DNA of 24,185 nt from a virus (Duplodnaviria; Heunggongvirae; Uroviricota; Caudoviricetes): IMG/VR virus record IMGVR_UViG_3300042875_000419; one strand, written 5' to 3'. A model generated the notes under the pieces. The model ran no database searches. It was not told the DNA's origin and saw nothing but the letters and a program-made list of their open reading frames with translations. Below are positions 7,622 to 16,135 of the stretch, piece by piece; positions within the stretch are counted from its first letter, which is position 1; each line of letters begins with the position of its first letter. The position numbers and the translations under genes were made by a program.

Positions 7622-8814
7622 ATGTTTCTGATTCCTGCAAAGTTTCTGCGGGAAAATTCTGCACGATTAACAAATTTATCTGATTCTTTTCCGTGGTGGA
7701 AGACGTAACCTTCTGGATTTGCCGCTTCACCACCATGTTCATGTTGGAACTCCTGATGTTGATTCATCACATTAATGAGCACGTTTTTTGCTTTCTGCAA
7801 ATGCTGGTGCATTTTGAACAAATTATTGTAGTGTTTTCGGTTTCGGTCAACTTTACCCAACTCATCTTTCAGTTCAGATTGTTTACCGGTTCGGTTCTTT
7901 TCAACTTTCAGCTTGTCGATTTCTTTGTTTTTCTTAGTTTCTAGCCATTTAGAAAAGTTCTGATGGTTTGGCGACTCACCTGTACGAACAGTGTGGTTCA
8001 TATAAGTTTCTAAGTGGCCACCAACACCATGATGTGTTGATGTTCCTGCGTACATGTCATCACCATGTGTGTCATGTACAGCTTGTGCGCCTGCAATATG
8101 TTTATTGAATTCTGCTCTGTCTTTAGGACCAAAATGAACCTTGGATGTATCCATCCTAGGATCAACCGAGAATACATCGGAGTGTGGTTTGAAGTTTTCA
8201 TGGTCAACTTCATGTGAAGCACTCAAACTTCCGGAATCTTTACCTGAATATGAGAGGTGTGTGACGACACCAATTTTAGCCTTCTTAACAGCAGTTTCAT
8301 GTGTGCCATGTGCTGTATATGTTAATCCTGATGGGTTTGGGTGAAAAGATGTTCCACCACCTTTTGCGGATGTTTTATCTTCGTGTGAGAACATCATATC
8401 ACCCTGATATACACCCTTTTCTGGTGCAACTTTAGGTAAATGCTTTAGTGCATCTCCCAATTTCTTCACTAAACCGGGTGCGTGTCCGTGGTTCTTCTCG
8501 ATATCAGCAGGTGTGTAATTAATCTTTGGTGTTTTGTTGAATGCAGATTTTGATGCTACAAAAAACTTACCAGTCTCTGGGTGATGACCATACACAATAG
8601 CGGGAGAACCATCATATTTCGTTGTCAATTCTGAGGATTTTTTACCCTGCTGTATATGTGATGCGGCAGCCGTAAGTGAAGCAATAGCATGTTTAGCTCC
8701 CTTCTCTCCGTTCTGGAGTGGGCGGTCTTCCACGTGCGTGAGATGTTTAATCTGGCGGCTGGCCCCTTCTTCAGGGTCTTCTTGTTCTGTTAAAAATTTG
8801 GAAAAAGATAGCAT
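7618..8814 (-). CDS. DUF6267-like protein carrying covalent nucleotidyltransferase (RNA/DNA ligase-type) motifs
   Basis: HLTHVED; TTKYDGSPA (motif I KxDG); FFVASKS; YQGDMMF (motif III-like); PEGYV (motif IV); KFVNR (motif V-like). N-terminus MLSFSKFLTE; GAGGA SD. Confidence 0.7.
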   Translation of the reverse strand: MLSFSKFLTEQEDPEEGASRQIKHLTHVEDRPLQNGEKGAKHAIASLTAAASHIQQGKKSSELTTKYDGSPAIVYGHHPETGKFFVASKSAFNKTPKINYTPADIEKNHGHAPGLVKKLGDALKHLPKVAPEKGVYQGDMMFSHEDKTSAKGGGTSFHPNPSGLTYTAHGTHETAVKKAKIGVVTHLSYSGKDSGSLSASHEVDHENFKPHSDVFSVDPRMDTSKVHFGPKDRAEFNKHIAGAQAVHDTHGDDMYAGTSTHHGVGGHLETYMNHTVRTGESPNHQNFSKWLETKKNKEIDKLKVEKNRTGKQSELKDELGKVDRNRKHYNNLFKMHQHLQKAKNVLINVMNQHQEFQHEHGGEAANPEGYVFHHGKESDKFVNRAEFSRRNFAGIRNI

Positions 8815-8848
8815 TAAATCCTCGGTGTAGTACGCTGTGACTATGTAT

Positions 8849-8856
8849 TATTTAGT
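8849..8856 (-). promoter_or_regulatory. Probable late promoter (ACTAAATA)
   Basis: TAAATA core overlapping the upstream TAA stop, about 35 nt before the ATG at 8814. Confidence 0.5.
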
Positions 8857-9577
8857 AACCCCAAATCTTAATATCTACCCATTTATCCATATCTTCTCTA
8901 ATCAAGGAATGCTTTCCAATGTTAAATTTACCATCCGTAAAAGGGTGGTCAATATCAATACGTTCAACTGGTATAGAATTTCTTAGTAGTTGCTCATGTA
9001 GCATTTCGTGGCCACAAAGAGGAACACCGAGGCGCCTCAAATTTAAATATGTTGAAGCGTAAACATTCATTGTGTCTGGATCAGCAATGGCAAATTGGTC
9101 ATTCAATAATGGATTAGGTCCATCAGTGTCTTTCGATATATACACTTTGCCTTTTTCCAGAGAAGAAAAGTCTATGACTTTATTGAGTGCTAGGTCAAAC
9201 CTACTTCGTATAACAAAGTCATATTTTACATCATTTAAAACTTGATGGCGAATTCTCAGGTCGTTTGCTTTATAAATTGAATAAAACATTGACGTACAGA
9301 AATTAGCTGGATGTGAAGCATTCGGAACAAACATGTCGGAGTTTGTTGTTGCCGGTAATGGCATATCGTATGCCAGATATATTGGATCGTAGATGAAATT
9401 TATATCTTCATACATTTTCATCTGGATTATACCACCCTGTGGTTTCCATGTATGGCAGAAAACATCTACATTGTAAATATCTAAAAGATTTCTCTTAATG
9501 TAGTTTTTTGCTTGAAATAAACTTCTAGCTTGTCCCGACAGACACAGTGCTAGTTTCAGAGATGAATTTTTCGACAT
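8852..9577 (-). CDS. Putative glycosyltransferase (ALCLSGQxR / YDxVIRxRxDL family)
   Basis: LALCLSGQAR, VDVFCHTW, SMFYSI, YDFVIRSRFDL and NDQFAI. Start taken at MSKNSS (9577). Confidence 0.7.
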   Translation of the reverse strand: MSKNSSLKLALCLSGQARSLFQAKNYIKRNLLDIYNVDVFCHTWKPQGGIIQMKMYEDINFIYDPIYLAYDMPLPATTNSDMFVPNASHPANFCTSMFYSIYKANDLRIRHQVLNDVKYDFVIRSRFDLALNKVIDFSSLEKGKVYISKDTDGPNPLLNDQFAIADPDTMNVYASTYLNLRRLGVPLCGHEMLHEQLLRNSIPVERIDIDHPFTDGKFNIGKHSLIREDMDKWVDIKIWGY

Positions 9578-10004
9578 AATCAGTACAGACTCCAATAAGG
9601 TTTCGACCCTTTATATATTCCCAATAGGAAGGACACCTTTCAGGCATGACCGCAACTGATTTGCTTGTTAATTTTTTTCCGGGATATGTCCAAATAACAT
9701 CATTTGATGTTAGTGTGAAATCATCTTCTTGGTGCCAAAAATAAACATATTTAAACGGTCTAGTGATTAATTCATGAAGTGCATCTAAGTTTTTGCAATG
9801 TAACCAGAGGCCTTGTTTGCCGATGAATTCTTCTTTGACCATATATTGTGGCTCATCATGCCCCAGCCACCACTGGTCTTTTATCCACCAAACATCAATC
9901 TCACAGTCATATCCTTTTTCTAATGCCAATAGGATTTGACTCGGGTGATTTTCTTTTTGTTTATTCGGACCCTGAAAGAGTCCACGATGTGCAATCATTT
10001 TCAT
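9525..10004 (-). CDS. PLC-like / glycerophosphodiester phosphodiesterase-like TIM-barrel protein
   Basis: IAHRG, EN, CEIDVW, LGHDEP, WLHCKN, FWHQEDD and GVCTDY. Confidence 0.82.
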   Translation of the reverse strand: MKMIAHRGLFQGPNKQKENHPSQILLALEKGYDCEIDVWWIKDQWWLGHDEPQYMVKEEFIGKQGLWLHCKNLDALHELITRPFKYVYFWHQEDDFTLTSNDVIWTYPGKKLTSKSVAVMPERCPSYWEYIKGRNLIGVCTDYVEKFISETSTVSVGTS

Positions 10005-10714
10005 TGATATAGACTCTTATGTTTGTATTCACCAAGTGGTGTGTGCATAATTGTTTTGTTAATCATAAATTCTTCCCATGGTAATCCAAGCCTACGAATG
10101 AATTGTTCAGAGATAACATGTGGACACAAAAGACCGGTTTCATTATAAACTTGTGGTAAGAAATGCAACACTTTTGAAAATAGACACATTGAGAAGAAAT
10201 TACCAACTTGAATCATGTCAGATGTTCCCTGACCCATATGGTTTCTATAACCAAGTGTGTAGAATTTCTGTGGATTGAACTCCGGCAAAGGTTCATTGAA
10301 TGTTAAATCTGGACGCATACGAATGACTAAATCATATTGCTTACCAGTTTTAAACATATGGTCTTCAAGCATTAACATACCTGAGCCTAGTTTGTACAAC
10401 ATGGAAACAATGTTCTTGGGTACATGATAAAAGTTTTTATAAAACTCAGCACGTTTAGCAAAGTCTTCTTTGTGGTCTTCATAATCTTCAACAACAAAAT
10501 CGATGGGTTTGTATGTTTGAATGATTGCTTCATTATCAATCATTGGTGCATCATCAACAATACCAGCTTCGCTATGTGGGTCCCAATATGCTTCATCACC
10601 CCAAGTGTGTATGAAAACATCAGGATTATATCTGTCAACAATATGTTCTTTAAAATTGGGATAAACTTGTTCCCAACAACGCATGTGTCCTGTTAATACT
10701 ACTGCTACGTTCAT
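10001..10714 (-). CDS. Putative glycosyltransferase, paralogous to 8852..9577
   Basis: VAVVLTGHMR, PDVFIHTW, SMLYKL, YDLVIRMRPDL and SDMIQVG. Confidence 0.7.
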   Translation of the reverse strand: MNVAVVLTGHMRCWEQVYPNFKEHIVDRYNPDVFIHTWGDEAYWDPHSEAGIVDDAPMIDNEAIIQTYKPIDFVVEDYEDHKEDFAKRAEFYKNFYHVPKNIVSMLYKLGSGMLMLEDHMFKTGKQYDLVIRMRPDLTFNEPLPEFNPQKFYTLGYRNHMGQGTSDMIQVGNFFSMCLFSKVLHFLPQVYNETGLLCPHVISEQFIRRLGLPWEEFMINKTIMHTPLGEYKHKSLYQ

Positions 10715-11322
10715 GTTTTCCTCACAAAATATAAGTTTTCTTCATTTACTTGTGACGTAACTTTATCAATCACAAATCCATTTTGTTCCAAAAAGTCAAG
10801 TGCTTCTTGTTTCGTATGTTGACCTTTGTATAGTCTAAGTTTATCCTCCTGTGGAACTTCAACAACACCAGATTGCACCATCGATATTTTTTCACCGAGA
10901 CCTTTGAGTACGGCTAGGTCTGAACCTTGTGCATCAATGTGCAGGTGGTCAATCTGTGTAATTTCAGGTGCAAAGATTGTCAACCAAGTATCAAGACGAT
11001 ATACGGCCACCTTTTTGGATTCACGTACAACAAAGTCTGTGCGACCCGGCCATGTTTCGGATAAATTATCGGAAAAATCATTTAGTGAGGCTGAACCCGT
11101 GTCACCTTGTACCATATAAAAATCTGCTTCTCCGTCAAAATCGGAGATAGCATGTTCATAAACATGATAACGATCTTTCATACCTCTTGCTTCTGCGGCA
11201 ATTCGTAGAAGTCTTGCAAGTTCAGGCGTGGGTTCAAACGCATAACAAATAACATCTGGGTTATGTTGTGTTATGTTCAACGAATCTTGCCCATGGTGAG
11301 CACCAACATCAAATAAAATCAT
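10711..11322 (-). CDS. FkbM-family SAM-dependent methyltransferase
   Basis: LFDVGAHHG, YAFEP, AISD, RLD and IDHLHIDAQGSDLAVLKG. Confidence 0.9.
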   Translation of the reverse strand: MILFDVGAHHGQDSLNITQHNPDVICYAFEPTPELARLLRIAAEARGMKDRYHVYEHAISDFDGEADFYMVQGDTGSASLNDFSDNLSETWPGRTDFVVRESKKVAVYRLDTWLTIFAPEITQIDHLHIDAQGSDLAVLKGLGEKISMVQSGVVEVPQEDKLRLYKGQHTKQEALDFLEQNGFVIDKVTSQVNEENLYFVRKT

Positions 11323-11326
11323 TTTA

Positions 11327-12007
11327 TCAACCTTTCAATTTAAATAATTGTCCCAAGTTGTGATTACCTTCCGATACTGGACATTGAATTTTCAATATAG
11401 AATTCATTTTCTCGAAGCAGAAATCTTGAATTTTTTTGGTCCATAATGCATCAACACAATCGTGAAATAACCAAAACGTATTTTCATTTGTGTAAGGCAA
11501 GATGCAAGAAATGTCTTTAAATAATTGGTCTTCTGTGTGACCACCATCAATGAAAACAAAATCAATTGCTGTGTTGAAATTTCGTTCAATTATTGTTGGA
11601 ACATCATCTGGTGACCAGCCAACTTCAGCTATCAATTCATTTTGCAAATCAAATTTGTCACGAAGATACATTATATTTCTATAGCCATCCGAATCGTGAA
11701 CGACCTTTTTTGACTTGTATGTAAAGTGGTTGAAATATTCTTCCACATAAGCATCAATGGTGACCAATTTTCCACCGGTTTTCTTCATGGCCATTGCGGC
11801 AGATAAAGCACTAATTCCAAATCCAGTACAAAGATCAATACCATTCTTCAGATTGTTATCAACAATAATCGAATGTAGAAAGTCATATTCTTTCTGTGTA
11901 ATACTCCAGGGAAAATCGTGTGCTTTTTGCTTCAATGAACTTGGATAGCTACTAACAACCTCGAAAGGAAAGGGTGCATCTTTTAAATTTAATAGCTCTT
12001 TAAACAT
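11327..12007 (-). CDS. Class I SAM-dependent methyltransferase (Methyltransf_24-like)
   Basis: IDLCTGFGIS, LVTID, IDFVFIDGGH and LFHD. Confidence 0.85.
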   Translation of the reverse strand: MFKELLNLKDAPFPFEVVSSYPSSLKQKAHDFPWSITQKEYDFLHSIIVDNNLKNGIDLCTGFGISALSAAMAMKKTGGKLVTIDAYVEEYFNHFTYKSKKVVHDSDGYRNIMYLRDKFDLQNELIAEVGWSPDDVPTIIERNFNTAIDFVFIDGGHTEDQLFKDISCILPYTNENTFWLFHDCVDALWTKKIQDFCFEKMNSILKIQCPVSEGNHNLGQLFKLKG

Positions 12008-12008
12008 T

Positions 12009-13391
12009 TTATTCCTTATGATTGTCTAAGAAGTAATTAAGGTCTTCAGGTGTACCGATGCCCCACATCTTTTCGATATTCTTAACACGGACTTTTTTAC
12101 CATCACCAACAGCTTCATTGAACACTGGACATGTATAAAATTCACCATTAGTTCGAATGTTTTTATCAATCATTTGTTCAGCGTACTTAACGTAGTCAGA
12201 ACCGTGACGCCAGTAGTAAATACCAACAGTTGCTTCATCAGAAATTACTTTCTTCTCAGCAACTTCGGACACAAAACCATCTTCATTCAATTTTGCGTAT
12301 GACCATTTTGGATGTGTTGCTTTGAATGTGAGAATACCACCATCGATAGAATCGGCTGAGAATGCGTACATGCATTCGTTAGAGTTCCACTCAACGAATT
12401 GGTCTGAGTTTGCCATAACAAGAGGTGCATCATTGTCGATATATTCTTTCGCCAATAATGTGGTGCAAGCGGCACCTTCCGTGATACCATCGACTTGCAC
12501 AATCTTGCATCCAGGTGCAATCAGATTCAACAGATATTTTAGATTGTAGGTTTCGTAGTGTTCTCTCTGAACCAAGAAAATATAGTTTGCTTCGATGTTC
12601 AGGTTTTCAACCACGACTTGAATCATGGGTTTGCCACGAACTTCGATCAACGGTTTAGGAAAAGTGTAACCAGCCTGTGCAAAACGTGAGCCTGCGCCAG
12701 CCATTGGAATCAAAACGTTCAATTTCTTGTCTCTCCATGGTAGAGACTTTTTGCTTGTACCTTCAATTGTGTTCATAAGGTCATAAATCCTTTGCATCAT
12801 ATATTCAGAGTTAACTTCTTTCGCATTTTCGACCGCAAGGAGGTGTGCTCCAGAGTCCAATGCGCCTTGGCGTCCAATGTGACTATCTTCTACAATAATT
12901 GTATTTTTAGGAAGTGCATCCAGTGCAGTCATGCATTTCCAGTACATTTCCGGATATGGCTTCGTGCGAGATACATCCTCATTACTGACATAGTAGTCAA
13001 CTTCGTCCATTACACCAATACTTAGTAGAGATAATTTTACAGTTTCTCGTATAGAGTTTGATGCAACAGCAATTTTGTAACCACGTGCTTTAATCTTACG
13101 AAAGATAGTCTGCAACAAGTATTCTTTACAGAAGCCACGAACAAGATTAAATGTTGCATCTTGTTTATCTTTCCATACTTGGTCGTATACTGATATAGGT
13201 AGACCTTTTTGTGCGGTCAACATCTTGAGTTTTTTAGTCGTATTCAGACCATCGTATTTACTCAGATGTTCCTCACGTGTGATCACAAATCCTTCACCGA
13301 CTTTCCTTAGTGCATCGTTGAGGGCGTCATAATGAAGTTCACGTGAATCAATCAAAACTCCATCAAGGTCAAAAATAACTAATTTACTCAT
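12009..13391 (-). CDS. Bifunctional HAD phosphatase / sugar-phosphate nucleotidyltransferase
   Basis: N-terminal FDLDGVLID, VASNS, KPYPEMY and VEDSHIG (HAD motifs I-IV); C-terminal LIPMAGAGSRF...PKPLI, GAACT, NSDQ, VAEK and GTPEDL (NTP_transferase). Confidence 0.92.
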   Translation of the reverse strand: MSKLVIFDLDGVLIDSRELHYDALNDALRKVGEGFVITREEHLSKYDGLNTTKKLKMLTAQKGLPISVYDQVWKDKQDATFNLVRGFCKEYLLQTIFRKIKARGYKIAVASNSIRETVKLSLLSIGVMDEVDYYVSNEDVSRTKPYPEMYWKCMTALDALPKNTIIVEDSHIGRQGALDSGAHLLAVENAKEVNSEYMMQRIYDLMNTIEGTSKKSLPWRDKKLNVLIPMAGAGSRFAQAGYTFPKPLIEVRGKPMIQVVVENLNIEANYIFLVQREHYETYNLKYLLNLIAPGCKIVQVDGITEGAACTTLLAKEYIDNDAPLVMANSDQFVEWNSNECMYAFSADSIDGGILTFKATHPKWSYAKLNEDGFVSEVAEKKVISDEATVGIYYWRHGSDYVKYAEQMIDKNIRTNGEFYTCPVFNEAVGDGKKVRVKNIEKMWGIGTPEDLNYFLDNHKE

Positions 13392-14214
13392 GTTTATTAA
13401 ACTTTCTTAAAATGGAACGAACGTCTTCAATAGGTGCATCAAGCGGCATCTTATGAAGTTCATACATATCGGGATTTTTAAAATACGCCATTAGCAACAG
13501 ACCTTGGTCATCATCAACAAGACCAATGCTCATCAAATAGTCGAGTGCTTCTTTCATATCAACAGACAAAACTTGCCATTGTTCTTTTTGTGCAACGAAT
13601 ACACCGCCGATGATGAACACCACATTATTCTGTACAGCCTGAGAAACTTGTTGTTTTGCTTGTCTAGATTCTGGATCACGATAATTAAAATAATGCATCA
13701 AGCCTGGAGTGAAATCATATTCCCATGTTTTGTTTGTAGGAATATGTTCATCATCACGGCAATAACCAAAGTCAACCCATGCGGCAAACTCATTTGTGAT
13801 TAGACCACGTTCAAATGCATCCGAAACATAGAATGCTTTGAGTGATGTAACACCAACATAGTCTTTCGACCAATATTCTGGATTACGAACCTGATAGGGA
13901 TTAATTTTTTTGACAAACTCAGGTGATGTTTGAATTGCTTCAATCTTATCACGGAGTTCTTTGTGAATATTGAAGTAGTCATATTCAACTACTTTAATAT
14001 TTGGAGAAATTGCGGCTAAACGTGGCGCAATGTCAGGTGAAGTATATACAATGATTTCAGTATCAATCTCACACATACGTGTGAAGTGGTCAATGTATTT
14101 GTCAACTGAACGTTGAAGATAGTGTGGAAGTGGTCCACCATTTTTCTCTTTGCTTGTTGACCAATCACCTCGGCCGATATCATAGAATGCAGTAACGATG
14201 CTAATTTTGCTCAT
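13384..14214 (-). CDS. WlaTC/HtrL (YibB)-family putative glycosyltransferase
   Basis: SIVTAFYDIGRGDW, RSVDKY, NPEYW, AWVDFGY, IGG and DDDQ. Confidence 0.82.
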   Translation of the reverse strand: MSKISIVTAFYDIGRGDWSTSKEKNGGPLPHYLQRSVDKYIDHFTRMCEIDTEIIVYTSPDIAPRLAAISPNIKVVEYDYFNIHKELRDKIEAIQTSPEFVKKINPYQVRNPEYWSKDYVGVTSLKAFYVSDAFERGLITNEFAAWVDFGYCRDDEHIPTNKTWEYDFTPGLMHYFNYRDPESRQAKQQVSQAVQNNVVFIIGGVFVAQKEQWQVLSVDMKEALDYLMSIGLVDDDQGLLLMAYFKNPDMYELHKMPLDAPIEDVRSILRKFNKHE

Positions 14215-14226
14215 TTCAAAGTCCCA

Positions 14227-14234
14227 TATTTATT
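14227..14234 (-). promoter_or_regulatory. T4-type late promoter (AATAAATA)
   Basis: 7/8 match in the short intergenic gap upstream of the HtrL-like gene; very close to the ATG, so the leader would be short. Confidence 0.5.
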
Positions 14235-14246
14235 AAATTATGTAGT

Positions 14247-15131
14247 TTAAGTATTATACACGAAGTATTTAGGCGATGTGCCAGTATTGGTGTCCGAAGT
14301 AATAGAAAATTGGAATTTTTTCATATAATATTCCATCCATTCCGGAACACGATCATATTGATGTACGATAACGAAGTCTTTACCTTCTGCATTGTAAACA
14401 ACACCATCTTTCATGTATGGCCTTTCTTCTAAAAGAAACGGACCGAAATCATTAAGTTGGTCTGGTTTATTTGTAACGTGTGCGTTAATTGCCCATGCAT
14501 CACTCAATTTCATAAATACTGTTTCACTATCCCATGGCAAATATGAAAGCAACATGTTGTATGCGGCTTGATCCGCCACCCAATCTGGACGATTGCTCGA
14601 CATTTGATATAAAGCAAAACACAATGATTTAATGTGTAAGGATGTGCCTGCTAAAATACCAACATTATAGACTTCATTCTCGCACACATCTTTATAAAAA
14701 TATTCACCAAAATTCTTAATGATGTTATTTCGGTTCCAAGATTCATCTTTAATTTTAATAGCCTCAGATTGTGCAATAATTCCAAAATCTCTACTACCAA
14801 AAATCTTTTGCATGTATTCAGATGGATTCTTTTGAAAAATTACATCACGAACATCTGTAGTGATAACATATCGATAGTCAGAATTCTGTTTGAGATAATC
14901 ATAGATGTATAAGAACCTCAACATGTGAATCATCATCTTATGTTCATTCTTTACTCGAACAACTGTGACACCAGCATCCTGAATTTGCTTTATTGTAATT
15001 TCGTCTGAATCAACAGCAACTAAAACTACATCACCATCAAAGCCGGATTCCTTTATTGATAGAATCCAGGGCTTTAATATTTCATATTTGTAATTAGTGT
15101 ATACACCAATGATTAAGTCTTTTTCCGCCAT
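14247..15131 (-). CDS. Putative GT-A fold glycosyltransferase
   Basis: VITTDVRDVIFQKNP (DxxD), YNVGILAG, ADQAAYN and IVHQYDR. Confidence 0.75.
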   Translation of the reverse strand: MAEKDLIIGVYTNYKYEILKPWILSIKESGFDGDVVLVAVDSDEITIKQIQDAGVTVVRVKNEHKMMIHMLRFLYIYDYLKQNSDYRYVITTDVRDVIFQKNPSEYMQKIFGSRDFGIIAQSEAIKIKDESWNRNNIIKNFGEYFYKDVCENEVYNVGILAGTSLHIKSLCFALYQMSSNRPDWVADQAAYNMLLSYLPWDSETVFMKLSDAWAINAHVTNKPDQLNDFGPFLLEERPYMKDGVVYNAEGKDFVIVHQYDRVPEWMEYYMKKFQFSITSDTNTGTSPKYFVYNT

Positions 15132-15841
15132 GGGTATTCTCCATTCATTCTTTGTTTCATCGCTTCATTTCCTTTCATAAAGAAAACATCTTGTACCGAA
15201 TCTGCTCGACTGGCTACTCTGTAGTTTACAGTATACTCACCATTCGTGTCAAATTTTGGTAAATTTTGCATCATAAATGGAGATAAAATTCTATCAACTT
15301 CTGGTTGCTCCTGTGGGTGCCTTGCACGGCGATACCAGTAAGGAGAGAAATGAATTGCCGCCATCTTCGGAATCATAAAGCAATTCACATCAATAAAATT
15401 GTCATCCAATATAGATTCCCATTTACCAAGAGATTCACAATCATCGTTACATATGTATGTGCCTTCCTGAGATACAATTTTCCTCAGAGAATATGCCCAA
15501 TCGTTTCCTTGTTGAATAACGTCAACAAGCGATTCGATATGATTGTCTTCATACCAATTGTCCTGGTCAAGGAAACAAATATACTCACCGTTAGCAATAT
15601 AAGACATTGCACCATAAATTCGGTGTCCGTTATATTGACTGTGACCTGTATTGTAAGGCAATTGAATCAGTAGGGCCTGTGAGCCTTCTAACATACCTTG
15701 TGTAGCTTTAGAATATTGTGGACCATCGGCTACCACAATATGTTCTATATTCGAATAAGTCTGATTGTTTACAGATTTCAATACATTATATAATTGATGA
15801 CTACCTGTTGTTGGGGTAATCACCGTCACCAGTGGTTTCAT
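15113..15841 (-). CDS. Glycosyltransferase family 2
   Basis: PLVTVITPT, SVNNQTY, HIVVADG, ANGEYICFLDQDNW and TVNYR. Confidence 0.9.
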   Translation of the reverse strand: MKPLVTVITPTTGSHQLYNVLKSVNNQTYSNIEHIVVADGPQYSKATQGMLEGSQALLIQLPYNTGHSQYNGHRIYGAMSYIANGEYICFLDQDNWYEDNHIESLVDVIQQGNDWAYSLRKIVSQEGTYICNDDCESLGKWESILDDNFIDVNCFMIPKMAAIHFSPYWYRRARHPQEQPEVDRILSPFMMQNLPKFDTNGEYTVNYRVASRADSVQDVFFMKGNEAMKQRMNGEYPWRKKT

Positions 15842-15844
15842 AAT

Positions 15845-16126
15845 TTAACTCCTTGTTACTTTCAATATCTTTTGTATTTGTGCTTCAATTACAGGCCCAC
15901 GATTTGGCCACTTAATGATTGGTTGATCCGCAGTTTTGAGTAGTTTCATCAAAAAAGGAATAATAAGTTTTTCAGCTTCGGCTAGTCTAGCCTTATATTG
16001 TTCTACAGTATCTTGTTTTTGTGAAATGAGAGAATTATATTCTTCTTCATCGGTAGCGGTGAAGCCGAAATCAAAATCATCGTCATACTCACTGAGTATT
16101 TTTTGTGTGTCTTTGTCTAGTGGCAT
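15845..16126 (-). CDS. Conserved T4-like phage hypothetical protein
   Basis: DFDFGFT.DE N-terminus and IKWPNR motif; fills the gap between neighbours. Confidence 0.65.
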   Translation of the reverse strand: MPLDKDTQKILSEYDDDFDFGFTATDEEEYNSLISQKQDTVEQYKARLAEAEKLIIPFLMKLLKTADQPIIKWPNRGPVIEAQIQKILKVTRS

Positions 16127-16135
16127 ATTTCTATA

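Noticed and set aside
8815-8851. Possible hairpin or ncRNA in the leader of the ligase-like gene (TAGTCACAGCGTACTA)
   Set aside because: The stem is only about 4-6 bp with a bulge, too weak without covariation data. No intergenic gap in the window is long enough for a tRNA.
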